NCBI RefSeq assembly: GCF_003918875.1
Contig: NW_025765148.1
Coordinates: 372,001 to 436,000, forward strand
Length of the DNA stretch: 64,000 nt
Reading direction: 5' to 3'
Source: Haliotis rubra
Lineage: Eukaryota
Shown: positions 12,006 through 25,574 of the stretch, piece after piece
How the letters are laid out: every line of letters starts with the position of its first letter
How positions within the stretch are numbered: position 1 is the first letter of the stretch
The notes under the pieces: model-generated
The model's input: the letters and a program-made list of their open reading frames with translations, nothing else
What the model was told of the DNA's origin: nothing
Database searches by the model: none
Program-made: the position numbers and the translations under genes

Positions 12006-13747
12006 GTTGATTGATTTAAACATATTTTATTCACAAATGAGAAAGGGTTTTGGGACAAGTTATCCAACTTAAAATACTAGCTCCCTAATATTTACATACA
12101 CACAATTTCAATTATATACATCTTAGGAAAGAATACAGAGAAGAGATAGGAAAGTAAAAGAGAGAAGAGAGGAAGGGACACGACTTATGTGATCACTCAA
12201 AACGTTTTGATTGATGAATAAAATTTTGCACACATTTGAAGTGTCGTTGATAATGTAGGGCAACAGGGGATGCATGCGCCATGTGTTAAATGTGATATAT
12301 TAATAATAATGTTGTATACCAATAATGTTTTATGATATATATACACGTTCTGAATAATCACATTCCGTGTTGTTTTGCCTAGATTATTCTTTACTAACAG
12401 TGAGGTAAGCGGGTGTGTTTTGGTCTGTGACAGACGGGAGGATACCGCTGAGTAAAGTCGAATATTTTGCATGAAAGGGAAAACGAGGAGATTGGCTGAT
12501 GTACATCTGAGCATCAAGATGGGAAGCGGTCATTCAGCAAAGAGACTTCTGAAGAAATCTTGGGAAACATAAAGATAAACAGACACAAAGAATGTGTATC
12601 TAAATATATTTTGTTCGCAAAGTGATGTCGTTGAGTCATGTGGCAGAAGACGACAAAATAAAAACAGAATGAGTTGGTGTTGATATTATTTAAAGGTGTC
12701 GACTTCGGATTTTGTTATTGGTGTTAAAGGTGCGAAGCCATCCTCGATAATCTCCGGGGTATATGTTCCGATAAATCTCCACAAGTACCCTGGATGCATC
12801 TATGGCTTTTATTTTATTACCTCCCTTTGCTGGCTCCGCATTCTCACAGTAGCCAATCAGTTTTAAAAGCTGCCGTTACAACCGCTTGCCAGTGTCAACA
12901 AAGATAGCGGTCGCAGCCGCGAAGGTTTGTTCGCAGTGCGACTCAGATTTTGGGGGAAATCATACAGACAAATTGACAGGTCTGAAACTTTAAAAAAAAA
13001 TATAGGCAAGAACTCCTTCTACCTCTTTCAGAGTACCACTGCAACAATTGTTGTGCCAAGTTTAATCGGTTAGATAATTTAAGAAGCGAAAATGAGTTGA
13101 GATTGGTACGCTCAACTTCCCAGCGTAGACACCTGATTGGATGAAAAGCCACCCAAGGGAGGTAATAAATGCATCCAGGGTATAGTGGAGATTTATCGCA
13201 ACGTTTTCCCTGGAGATTATCGAGGATGGTGCGAAGCGAGAGTTTGAACATTCTTTGATGAACAATTAGTTTCAAAATATATACATTATGCGTCCGAGCT
13301 ACCCATGTGCCGGCTAAACTTTCATCATCGGAAAACACATGGAGCCAGGAGCAGTACCTGGATCTTTGTGAATTCAAGATGTGAACTAAAAACAGCTGCC
13401 ACGATGAACCGCTCGCCGAAATTGAGGATATGCGGTCGGCGTTCAATCACACCATGCAACAGTAAAAGCTGTTCCGGCACAGGAAGACGACAGACGAAAA
13501 TAATACTCTCAGGTTTATAACTCAACCTTTCTGTTTATTGCCACGTCCAGCAACATTCCATTGAGCGGCATGGGTTGCTGAAGACGGCTATCCTCTTTAC
13601 CTTCCTGTCAAACAAACCTGACTCAATAGGTTAAATATATTTTATTATACTTCAAAGATTAACGTGAAACACTAACATCCTCATTGTATCATCGTGTAAA
13701 GGATCGGAATACATAGTTTATATAATATAGAGTGAAAAGGGCAGACT

Positions 13748-15257
13748 TCAGCCAAACCTACTGACGACAGATGGGCCACATTCGTCATAGTCCTTCTTGG
13801 TGATACACAGCTCGTTGAAAGTTGGCACAGCCGCCATCTGGGATCCTCCATGCCAGGCAGAGAGAATTCTGTCAGGCGGAGCAATGACCTTGGCCTCCAC
13901 GTCAGGTCCAGCAAGAGCAGATACCTCCTTCCTGATTCTGGCTTCCATTCCAGGGAACATGGTGTTTCCACCTGCCAACAGGATGTTCTGGTATAACTCT
14001 TGGCGGGAGTTGGTATCACACCCCATAACTGGGGCGTTGATCATCTGATGGATCCCAGGCTCACTGACATCTACTATGGAAGGTTGGAATAGACCCTCCG
14101 GAGCCCTGAACCTCTCGCGGTTTTGTAATTAGGATAGGCTGATCCTCTGGAGAAGCTCCTAGCCTGCTGGTGGCGTGTTGTCACACCTTCTCTATATCGT
14201 CCGATCCTGTAATGGTGCCGCGCTTTAGTGGATATCTGAGTTTGAGAACAGATCTCTTTCGGATGGCCTCGGGGCCAAAAAATACGTTCCCTTCGTTGAA
14301 CGAACCCTAAAAAGAAACACAAGAATGTACAATTAGTGGTGTAAGATCTAATGACTGCACAGTTTGGTATAGGATACACTCGCTGACCAAAGGATCTCTT
14401 AATGGCAGTAATGTCCTGACTCAGACAATGCGAAACAGTAGAGTGTTTGCTTCTCGGTACCTGGACTGTCAGCACGTTAAGATCTGTGTAATTCGGTTTG
14501 AACGAAAATATGTGACACAATAGAGATAATACCATAATATTGCCACCAGTGTTTCAACACTGACAACGCCAAAGCTGGTACAGTCTACGGATTGTGATCA
14601 CACGGCCTCCTCAAGGTAGAATAGAGGAAACATTTGACCAACTGGTGGTGTGTGTGTGCGTGTGTGTGTGCGTTCGTGCATCCGTGAGTGCGTATAAATC
14701 AATTAAAGAAAATTGTCTATTTAATCAGCATATTATCGACAAACATTCCGATTCAGATGCCCAATCCATAAATTTCGTACAGATGTTATCATTCAGGCAA
14801 TCCAGCATTTAGAATATTTTCTCACTGAACATTAAACCCCTAACACCCCACCCCACCCACATACACACACTCTCTGGATCCGCCTATCGTGCTGGAATAT
14901 TGCAGTGCGCGCCGTTAAACAGAAATAAATAAAGCATCGGATATTTAAATGGTATATGAGAAAAGAATACATCCCAGTAAAATGAACATATCTCTCTCAT
15001 TTAAACGTTATCAAAGATAGAAAAGCCTATCTGATGTATTTTGTAAATAAGCTTTGAAGCACGATACACGAAACACAAATGCGTAATAATTGAATTGTGG
15101 TTGGTATTGTTCACCTGTGGCTGTGTAGGAAGATTCTAACCGAGTATCTTGCACTCCCAACAACAGAACGGATGTCCAACTGCGGGATGCTCTCCCCAGC
15201 GAAGCCAGCCCTGAAGTTCTGGGATCCATTATGGAAGACCAGAGGAGCGCCTGACAT
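13748..15257 (-). pseudogene. Second copy of the actin-like gene, pseudogenised (exon 1 15257-15141, exon 2 14306-13748)
   Basis: Exon 1 MSGAPLVFHNGSQNFRAGFAGESIPQLDIRSVVGSARYS aligns with actin 1-41 and is followed by a GT donor in phase 0. Exon 2 has a TGG->TGA nonsense codon and lacks 404 bp (equivalent to 1732-2135 of the + copy), which shifts the frame. Confidence 0.88.
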
Positions 15258-16524
15258 GATTCAGCGTACAGCAGGAACAGCACAGAGAGAAGCGTTCGTT
15301 ATCAGTCGGATGCCACCAGCAACTGCAGCAACTACAGCAACGTGTGCCTGTATTCATGAGCAGAACTACAACCTCTCAACCATGGTAATGATTCATACAG
15401 CAATAAGACAGTTTATTACCACTGTGGAATAAATTAAATGACTGTGCGTGAGAAAAGTATAATGAACTGAACTTTGTCTTGCTGTTGTATCACTGTAGCT
15501 GATTGCACGTCACCCCAAAGTGAGAAGCTGACACAAGCGTTGTGCACAAAATCGAATGTGGACCAGACAATACAGTGATTAAACTCGCGAGCATCGATCT
15601 GGGTTGGTTTACCATATACATGACACTTCCAAGTAAACTCTTAAAACAAGTATGGGATACTTGGAAATGTCTTTAAAATTTGTTTTGAAACATACATTTG
15701 AACTAGTAATAAAAAACTGCAGCAATTTCATACTCCGTTTGTGCACGATTTCTTAATGCATTTCGCATCAATCGTTCCGGTACTTTGTAGGGGGCGCTCG
15801 TCAATATATTAGGTGTGTTGGTACATCATCCACGGTCAACACTGGTGTGCACTATCCAATATTCGATATCAACGCCATCCTATCCAATATTCACTGTCAA
15901 CGCTGGAGTGCACTAATATTCACGGTCAACACTGGTGTGGCACTATCCAATATTCACCTTCAATGCTAATGGGGCTTTATAATGATGGTATCTTAGAAAG
16001 TTTGCTTATGTACCACTCAGTAGTATCGCGCTTATTAAGCACTTTAGTGGAACAAACGGATCTTTCATTCTAAAACAATCACACACGTGAAGATCTAGCA
16101 TGTGACAAAACACCTATGTCTCAGATCTGTTGAGTGACAGAAGTAGCGGGGATATACAAACAAAATCAGAAGCAATTCTATTTACATTTATTTACATAAA
16201 TCAACAAATAATTTTACATCATAAAAGACATGGAACAAACATCTACAATAAGTCTTGCCATGTATGTAATCTGGCCTGGCAGCCACACCAGTAAGAATAC
16301 ATTTAAAATCATAATCAAAGAGCAACATGAGGTATTATGCTGAGAGCACCCTTTTCTGCACTATATATGGTAAGCAAGAGTGAAACATGTGTCTAGGCTG
16401 TATTATAACTCTCAACATGGCCCACGTAAACCAAGGTTTGTCACTCAACCACAGCTTGCCTATGTCAATTCATGCTGGCCGTCAGTCAAAGCTGCAAGAA
16501 CGGTTTTGAAAGTAGCTATATCCG

Positions 16525-16750
16525 AGACGTGAAGATCCGGGTTAGAATTGGTCTTCATCGACCCATGCTTGTCGTAAGAGTCGAGTAGTGGGACCAGGTG
16601 GTCAGGCTTGCTGACTTGGTTTACACATGTCATAGAATCCCAATCGTGTAGGTTGATCACTGGACTGTCTAGTCCAGGCTCAATTATTTACAGACCGCCG
16701 CCATACAGCAGGAATATTGCTGAGTGCCGCGTTAAACAACCAACAAAATC
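16525..16750 (+). mobile_element. Short retroposon family C (no tRNA head); other copies at about 20785-21059(-), 26295-26417, 32500-32671(-), 38262-38350(-), 40484-40547, 58750-58983, 59590-59765(-), 62838-62996
   Basis: Shared body GTGAAGATCCGGGTTAGAATTGGTCTTCA...CATGCTTGTCGTAAGAG...TGATCACTGG...GGAATATTGCTGAGTGCGGCGT followed by a short-repeat tail. Confidence 0.82.
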
Positions 16751-16962
16751 AATGAGTGTTAGTGTGTGTGTGTGTGTTAGTGTGAGTGAGTGTGTGTGTG
16801 TGTGTCTGTTAAGTGTGAGTGAGTGAGTGAGTGAGTGAGTGAGTGTGTGTGTGTGTGTGTGGTAGCAATGTCCCGGCAGAATTACACATGGGATGACTTT
16901 GTTTTGTTTGTTTGTTTGTCTGTTGATGAATGCTGCCCTCAGCAATAATCTAGCTATATGAG

Positions 16963-17296
16963 GTGAGGTGAGGTGAAATTGGGTTTTACGTCGTGCTTGA
17001 GAATATTTCGCTCACATGACGACGTGCATGCGTGTGTATGTGCGGCTGCTTGTACTAGCCCAGGCTGAAGCTGGTTTTATAGTGCTAGCCAACTGAGATA
17101 CCATGCCGCAGTGAAGCATGAATACCCCACTCAGACACATTATACTGACTCCGAGCCGACCAGTCCTTGTTGTACCCATTAATGCCGAGAGCCAGGCAGG
17201 GACCAACAAGTACCATATTTGAACATGATGGGGATCGAACCCGCGATCTTCCGCTCTCCGGGCGGACGCTCTAACCACTACACCACGGAGGCGGTT
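16963..17296 (-). mobile_element. tRNA-derived SINE, family A, with 14-bp TSD
   Basis: TSD TCTAGCTATATGAG at 16949-16962 and 17297-17310; inserted into the tail of a family C element. Confidence 0.88.
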
Positions 17297-17331
17297 TCTA
17301 GCTATATGAGAGTGGTATGTAAAACGTTCAA

Positions 17332-18870
17332 TTCATGAGGTCATTTTGCAAATATATCACATTCTCTGACTTGTTAAGTTATAATACACTTATAAATCAT
17401 GCAAGATTATGGCCTGATGAAAATGTTCAATTAGCAGATTAATGATGAAACCGGTGTCATGCTGACAATATCTTATTCTCATCTAATTTTTTAATCTTTT
17501 GCCCAGTTTCTACATTCAAATTCCAGGCAAGTGAATTATTTTGTGGGCTAGTAACCTGGCAATCATGAGCACTGATCCATACAATGGGGTACTTTGATAC
17601 ACAACGATAACATGCGAGTCTGACCACCATTCAGTCAACTGCTTTGACAAGCTTTGGTTGCATGGGACCTTATTCCTACACACAGCCTCAACAGTTTCTG
17701 GGGATACCAGCTTTAAACATGAGGGGAATTGAACCTAGAACGCTCCACAACATAGCAGCCCCACCCCCAAGTATTTGTCTGTCATTTACTGTTCTCTCAG
17801 TGAGTGAATGAGTGAGTGGGTTTTAGTTTTACGCCACTTTTATTATAGCAATATCACGGCGAGGGACACCAGAAATGGGCTTCGCACATTTTACCCATGT
17901 GGGGAATTGAACCTGGGTCTTCAGCGTGACGAGCGAACACTTTAACCACTAGGTTACCCCACTGCCCCTTAATATACTCTCACAAATTCCAGATCCAGAT
18001 TCCTGAGTACAAACACATAATACCTCAGGGCATATGACCAAAACAATAATTCAGTAGCTTGCGACCCACAAATAAACAAATATCCCCATAACAAGTAATG
18101 TTTGGTCCAGGGAAAAGAACTTGGTGCCTGTTTCATTCAGTCACCAGTGTAAACATTTGTGCATTTTGTGTAAATCACAACACTGACTACATGACAAAAA
18201 GCATCATTGGAAATTTCTCTGATGAATCTGATTAAAATATGTCAGTCGGATACCAACAAACTGATCTGTTCAGAATTTCAACCAGTACGATGAATAATTC
18301 AGGAATTGCTGAAACTTAAACCAGCTAAAACCCTAAAGAAAATATTTCAGTAATGAGGTCACAATGAAATAGAAGGACCCATTTGCATCCCCTCCAGATA
18401 CAGGACAGTACTGGCAGTGGTAATATCGGGCAGTTCCTGCAGACGTGTCAGACTAGAGTTACTTCCCCTTTTCTTGTCATGTTGAGTAACTTCAGAGCTC
18501 GGAGAACCTACAAAATATGAAACGTTACACCAGGGTCTTTAAATATACACTGAACTAAAAACAATAGGGATCAGAAATATATCACACAACCAGTGTGCAA
18601 TTAGCCACTGGCCCACTCAGGTGGGCCAGTAAAGCACTAGTCACTGGCCTGACAAGCTAGTGAAGTTTCATGAGGTCATTTTGCAAATATATCACACTCT
18701 CTGACTTGTTAAGTTATAATACACTTATAAATCATGCAAGATTATGGCCTGATGAAAATGTTCAATTAGCATATTAATGATGAATTCTGTGTCATGCTGA
18801 CAATATCTTATTCTCATCTATTTTTTAATCTTTTGCCCAGTTTCTACATTCAAATTCCAGGCAAGTGAAT
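17332..18870. repeat. Direct repeat of about 205 bp (17332-17538 and 18667-18870) flanking the last SKA2 coding exon
   Basis: ttcatgaggtcattttgcaaatatatcac...caaattccaggcaagtgaatt occurs twice with few mismatches; probably DNA-transposon fragments. Confidence 0.85.
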
Positions 18871-21800
18871 TTGGATTTATTTTCAATTTGACGACTTGGT
18901 AATAAGCCGCAAAATATCATATTCGAGTCCATATCATACTATGTTTACAACACCCGTTGCAAGCTAAATATTGGTATACTCCTTGCTCTCTCTCGGTATA
19001 TGCCCTCTCTCTCTCTCGGGGAATACCAATATTAAGGCACTCGTCGTCGTAAAACATAGTATGACATGAGCACTCATATAATATCCTCTATTTGTGTCAC
19101 TAAAAATGGGAAATAACAATAACTTGACAAGAATCAATACAAATCTCTGTAGACAAGAAAGCAAAATTATATGGTGGCACAATTCAGTATATTCAATGGT
19201 GCGTGAGCAAGTCAGTGAGTGAGTATGACTTTACGCCACTTTGAGCTACATTCCAGCAACATCACGACAGGGGACACCAGAAATGGGCTTCACACATTGT
19301 GCCCATGCGGGGAATCGAACCCGGGTCTCCAGTGTGACAAGCGGACGCTTTAACCACGAGGCTATCCCACCTCCCCTATTCAATGGTGAGACCAGTAGAA
19401 TAAACTACATTATCTGTGTATCCATCCATCCATTTATCTTGAGACACACACAGACACACATGCAAAATGCAGATGTGGTCATCAAGACTTCTAAAGCTGC
19501 TTCAACACGTTTAGTGGCTGAACAATATGTCAAAAAGTTTGAATATTTTATAATGACATCATTTGATAAAGAGAATATCATTAAGACCTCATGTTCTTCC
19601 ATACTGTAAATATCAAATATTCAGGATATAAACATACTGAAATAACCTCTCATATAACCTTAATAATAATCACAAACCTTCAACTTGGCTTCCCCCGTTG
19701 CGCCGGTGACGCGGAGCCCCATCTTGTGCATGTCTGGCCCACTCAGAGGCTCGCTGTTATCGTTTAGAAAATTCATACTGTGAGTTAACAGCTGATCAAG
19801 TTGATGTGGAATCACAATTTTAAATGGCCAAATAAAAAACAACACCCAAACTGATGACAAGTTCAAAACATCAATAGTTCAGTTGAAGCATAATAATTTT
19901 CATAATGGAAAGATTATAATCAACAGCTTCTAAGGTTCAATGTGTGGTTTAATGTAACATATATATAGAGAATCTCACCCAAGTGTCTACTGATATCAAT
20001 TATATCAACACGAGTTGATCAAGTTACAAATATCCGAGGCTTATTGAGGATATTTTTATCTTTATGGCGAAAGTGTTGATATAATTGATATCAATGAATT
20101 TATCATCAAAAATCATTCTTCAGTTTTCAATGAAAATGTACATCTCTCAACACTGTATTACCATTAGACTTGCATGCAGCGATGTCATGGCATTGTGACG
20201 TCATCAAGTTGATGACGTCATAGCATTATCAGGGCATTGTACAAAATCTGTCAAAACGATATCTCCTAGTAGATATCATATGATCTTACACAAGCGATAT
20301 CTCCTGTGGAACACAGTTTTGGATGATAAATCTTGTTTACATTTGCTTATCTGAATACATATTCTATATACCATTATACACAAGATTTCATATCTGCTGG
20401 ACATATTTCAGCATCGAACATCGAAACTGAACAGACAATGGTACAACAATCTGTTTCAAAACGCCACGCTCACGAAATAAAAGCAGTTGTTATCCCTAAA
20501 ACTTGTTTAATATTATACTTCCCAACTTCTAAATGCCACTCACAGAAGTGGACATATTTCCTTCACAGGTAATGTGTGATCCCTATTCAAAGTGTCTCCC
20601 CATCCACAAGTCAGTCTCATCTCACTAGGCCCCCTATCTCATGACCGACACTGTCTATAAGAAATGTTGTTCACCTGTTGCCTTCATCCTTGAAGTGTCT
20701 CCACAGCACACTGTATGTCTGAAAACACACATCTCATGTAAGTACAATAAACACTTCTAGCCTCAGAGACATGATAACCAGTTGTTGGGTTTTAAATACT
20801 AAACATTCCAGCTATATGATGGCAGTCAGGAAAAGAAATGGACTTTAAGACATCCAATGATTGACATCAGCTATCTATGCATGGCAGTCAGGAAAAGAAA
20901 TTGACTTTGGACCAGACAATCCAATGATTGACATCATGAGCTTCTATCTATGCAGCTGGGATAAGATGACATGCATGTCTGACCACAATATCCCATTGGT
21001 CTCCTCTTAAGACATGAATTAATTGCTGAAAGTCAGTTCTAACCTGGATCTTCACGGGTTAAATAAATATGAATTCAGGTTAATAGAACAGAAGAGTGTA
21101 TCTTCTAGGGTAAATTGAACTAGAAGTGAAATTTAGATGAATATAGGTAATCCCCAGAGGTGCAGCTTTTGTTGTCATCAGAGAACCCATTATTGAGACC
21201 CTTTTATCAATTTGTACTTTAATATCTTTTGTTCTCTTCAAATCACTTTAACTTTAAAGTTATCAAGAAATGCCCAGCAACAACAAAATTTCATGCTATT
21301 TCCTACAGTTTATGTACACGCACTATCTACTTTTACCAGAAGGCAAGAGTAAGACTCACATCACATGAATTTCACTTAGCACAAGTTTCTAGTCATGGTC
21401 TAGAGGACTAGTGTTAGCACAAGTTTCTAGTCATGGTCTTGAGGACTAGTGTTAGCACAAGTTTCTAGTCATGGTCTTGAGGACTAGTGTTAGCACAAGT
21501 TTCTAGTCATGGTCTAGAGGACTAGTGTTAGCACAAGTTTCTAGTCATGGTCTTGAGGACTAGTGTTAGCACAAGTTTCTAGTCATGGTCTAGAGGACTA
21601 GTGTTAGAACAAGTTTCTAGTCATGGTCTAGAGGACTAGTGTTAATTGCAAAGGCTGCATCATAAAGGGCAAATAGTATGTCATATGTCACAATGTATCC
21701 CTATAATGTCCTCACTTACTGTATTGACATCAACCAGCTTCACTCTGCCTCTAACCAGTGCTGACACAGACTCAAACTCCGCCTGTGAAACGTCCATCAT

Positions 21801-24800
21801 CTCTGTACAACCCTCCCTCCGAGCATGTGGAGACACTTGGGCCTCCGTCTCTGCCACACAAGAATATTGTTTGGTGTCAGCAATATTCAAGCTGTATGAC
21901 ATGAAAATAATTATATATTGGCCAGACAATCCAGTGACTGATATCATGGCAATCAAACCAATCTGGGATTCACACCCAGTATCAGAGAATCCTACTTGTA
22001 TCCTGTCTCTGTTCAGCTGGTCTAAAAACCTCATTAATATATACACTGCTTACCTGGGGCTTCACTAATGGCCTCTGCAACTTGAGTAGTGGAAGAGTTA
22101 TCTCCCCCTCCTTGGTCCTGTTGATGCGGTGCGTCTGCAGCAACAGCTGAAGCATTCGGAGTGATGGCGCTTGTGTCGACACCGAGAAGCTGCTCCAGTT
22201 GACACAGCGCTGCCGGCTTCTCTACACTTTCTGACTGCAATAACACAACAATTCCTAGTGTTAGACAGACCCTTGACTTGCCCCAGGTAAACCCCTGATG
22301 ATAAGACTTGGCACAAATACACTGAATGAACACCAAGATAAAAGATGAACCTTTCTCCCTACGTCAATACACGGAAAACTTTTGTTTGGCTAGCTTTGAA
22401 ATGTCATATAATCAAGGACTAAGTAATTAAGCATGTTACGATTAGCTTTATTGAATATTTAATGAACTTTACCTCTGATTCAGTTTCTGTCTGCAGTTTC
22501 TGGAGCATCTGACAGGCTGACAGCAACTGAGACCGAAAGTAGTCCATTGCCTCCTGTCAAAGGAATCAAGTCAGCAGATCTAAGTTCTTTAACACACTGT
22601 AATATGTGCAGTAACACATTAATGATTGTAACCACTGATCACTACTTTCCTTAAGTTCAAGTTGGGTTCATTGGGTACTGCTGCATGGATATGCCTTGTA
22701 ATTTGGTTATCATGGTTACTGCTGAAATCAAGTTAATCTCAGTCTTCAGGCTTTCCTGTTAGCAACATATAGCATACACAATAAAAAGAAGAAGCTGAAT
22801 TCACAGTAAAACCAAGCAATGTAAATCAAGGTTCATATTCATGGCTTCTGTGTTTTCAATGTAGAGGTTCCTAACATAGTTTCAACACCTGTAAATTTCT
22901 TCTGAAAAATCATGTGCTAACTCAAGATTCTCTGAAAGACCAAACAGAATGTAGGATTCTACAATGTCATGGTAAATGGAAACAATAGAATCAGTATTAC
23001 CATTAAAACAGTCACAGCAAAAGATCAAAGATATATAATCTGAACTGAAAATCCCCAAGCCTTATAAATACCTTTGTTCTTTTTATAAATATGTGCAAAT
23101 TGTTCTGTGATTTGTCTCCCTCTACTACATCAACAACAAACAAAAAACAACCACCCCCTCCTCCCCAGTGTACAACACTTACCTTCTGTGTCTCCTGTAT
23201 GGCCACTGCTTCCTGGACAATGTTGCCATACTCCTTCCTGATCTCCGACACCTTCTGCATTAAGCGGACAGGGTTTGCCTGTGCAGAAGAGCACATGTAT
23301 CGTCATGTGTATCAATATATGTATTGCCAGGTGAGGTTTCTTTTCTTGTGATACCCATTGTCCGAATAGCTAGCTATAATGATCATAATTAGGAATTTTT
23401 TATAAACATTAAGTCTCCATAAAGATCACAAGATCATCAATATTGTCACCAGAATGGTGTCTGCAACTAAGAAGGGACACAGACATTGTAAAGGGGTCCT
23501 TGTCATAAGCCTTTTGGTAATTGTTAAAGATTCAGAATGTTCAAAGATTTAGAAGATAAAGCTACTCTCTTTTCAATTTTGCGGTCCTTTATCATTGATT
23601 TACGACCGCTAAATGTAACTTAATAATCAAACGTATTAGTCTGATCCAGACTTGATTATTTACAGCTGGAATACAGGTTGACTGCAGCGTTAAACCAACC
23701 AACCAACCATTAATTCTGACTACTCACTTCTGTTCATGAATTTCTTCTGACATATATATGTTTGAGTTAAGGCATAGCAATAAATTCGACATTTCTACCA
23801 AACTCTTAAAGACAGTGTGGGATGGAGTATCAATGTATTGTTCAGTTACAGGTTCTAAATTCATATAGTTACCTCTGCATTACTGGAATTGTCGAACTCA
23901 AAGTCGAGTTTTCTTGACAGGTAGTCAAGATCCGACTCTGTTTTCTGGAACTGAAGCAAACACAATGCTGAGCTGGTTCAGGAAAAATGAAACACTACAA
24001 GAAGCAGTTGTCTTAATTCACTAATCATGCTAATATCCGACTAGACCATCTCAGTCCTCGGAGATACTCTCGTGTTTAGGCTTGCTTTGCTTAATCATCA
24101 TGGGTTCGGATTTGATTCACAGCAACTGTCTATAAGATAAGACAAGATAAGTTCTTTATTATGCCCAAGGGAAATTTGTTTTGCATCATATGCAATTCTC
24201 CAGTTTTTCTTTCATAAGGCAGCCATATATGATATATCACATCGCAAGTGATAATCATAAAACTATTGTTTAAATTAATCAGGATATAACTGCATCAATT
24301 TAGTACACAAACATTGATATTGACTAGAATTTGGACAGTTGGAAGACAAGTTATTCATTGAGTTTGTTGTTAATACATCTAATACTAGCTGGAACAAACG
24401 AGTGGCGAAGCCCGTTTGTTCTAAAAGTCGACAAGGGTTAGCTATGAAAAGCCTGTGTCAGAAGGTAATAATGAATATTCAGGTGTGGAAAAAAGTATGT
24501 GAGTAGGATACTTAAAATTTTGTTTGCCATTTTTTAAATTTGCTGCTCATAACAACTGCCAATACTCTCAATAGAAAGGCCAAAAATTTTAGACGCAGTG
24601 TTTATCATTTTTGGGAGTTTGCTTTTATTCTGTACAGACAGGTTCCCGAACCAACTCAAGAAATGAAAGATTATGACACTTTGAATAACGATTTTGTAAA
24701 ATAACATCATGATAGTTTGGTAGATTTTGAAATGTTTAAACTTCCACAACAAATGCAAGCGTTGTCGTCCTTTTCTTACATATTTTCTCAGTATTTTCGT

Positions 24801-25370
24801 TTCAGGAGAGTTTTGAATCTAAGACAGTACCCAAATATTTGTATTCAGTTACTCTTTCTATTTCATTATCTTCAATATTTACAGCATTTATTGTTGACTT
24901 ACCTTTTCTAAAATACATGATCATTTGTTTGATTTTTTGCACATTCAAAAATAAAAAGGTTTAATTAAACACCCTTCTACACATTTATATATATATATGA
25001 TTAGCATCTCACAAATATTCAGTAGGTTCAAGACAGAGGTTAGCTGAGCGCGTGTCAGCTAGGTAATATTGCAGGTATTTCCTCAGATCCCCACCTCGTG
25101 CATGCCCGAGACCGCATTGTATATAACCGTGATTTGTGAATCCAATTGTGATGTAAACAGTATAATTTGGTGAAGCCAAATGATACTTCAGTGTGTCATG
25201 ATCATACGTCCATGGAGATCTATTCTGCTGTGTTATCCGTAATTGTCGCTTCAGGTCAGAACGCAATATCCTTAATTTATTTAGTGTTTACGTCAAAATA
25301 AAGGTAATGTGTACATATTCCACTCTTATTTTCATACCATAGCCTCCAAAGTCTCGACACTTTTCTCCAT
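18448..25370 (-). CDS. SKA2: Spindle and kinetochore-associated protein 2 with C-terminal extension, 259 aa, 9 exons
   Basis: Exons 25370-25338, 23950-23873, 23278-23183, 22553-22473, 22234-22054, 21850-21720, 20718-20675, 19753-19678 and 18507-18448; all GT-AG, phases consistent, total 780 nt. N-terminus MEKSVETLEAMFQKTESDLDYLSRKLDFEF...ANPVRLMQKVSEIRKEY matches human SKA2 [30 protein letters not shown]...NPVTLLKELSVIKSRY. Confidence 0.9.
21376..21644. repeat. 38-bp minisatellite, about 7 copies, in SKA2 intron 6
   Basis: Unit ttagcacaagtttctagtcatggtct(a/t)gaggactagtg. Confidence 0.95.
24130..24990 (-). mobile_element. LINE remnant (Rex1/Babar-like RT C-terminus) in SKA2 intron 1
   Basis: Decayed frame YKYLGTVLDSKL...QRLHLL.KF...FYKIVIQSVIIF...WFGNLS...INTASKI...RHSFVPASIR, plus a (TTATC)-type tail near 24130. 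Confidence 0.65.
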
Positions 25371-25574
25371 CTTGTAACGTTTACTTCCGGATTATGAAAA
25401 ACCTTTAGTGATTGGTCAGGAAAATATAACCGCGCCTTTCATTGGTGGATGGACAAGCGCCTTCTTCAAAGACATTTCCTGTTGACATACGAAGCCCGGT
25501 GGTTTCAAATGGCCCGCCCATCTCGGAGGATTTAACGTTTGTAATATTATGATGATTTCCCGAAACCAGCCCTC
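25371..25574. promoter_or_regulatory. Bidirectional SKA2/PRR11 promoter with cell-cycle elements
   Basis: 204 bp between opposing ATGs; ETS-like ACTTCCGG at 25383-25390; inverted CCAAT boxes (ATTGG) at 25411 and 25441; CHR-like TTCAAA (reverse complement of TTTGAA) at 25465 and 25504. Confidence 0.75.

Larger units (their letters stand above)
1280..14573. repeat. Inverted (tail-to-tail) segmental duplication: arms 1280-2734 and 13521-14573
   Basis: Intron end, exon 2 and 3' UTR match as reverse complements. Homology ends at tttggcgttgtcag (1280/14573) and at aaacagaaaggttgag (2734/13521). Confidence 0.92.

Noticed and set aside
12690-13520. Possible decayed DNA-transposon accessory gene (CNNCCAKF motif)
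   Set aside because: Fragmentary, with no catalytic motif or paired ends found.
24000-25330. miR-301/miR-454-like hairpin in SKA2 intron 1, as in mammals
   Set aside because: No such sequence recognised; the intron is mostly a LINE remnant.
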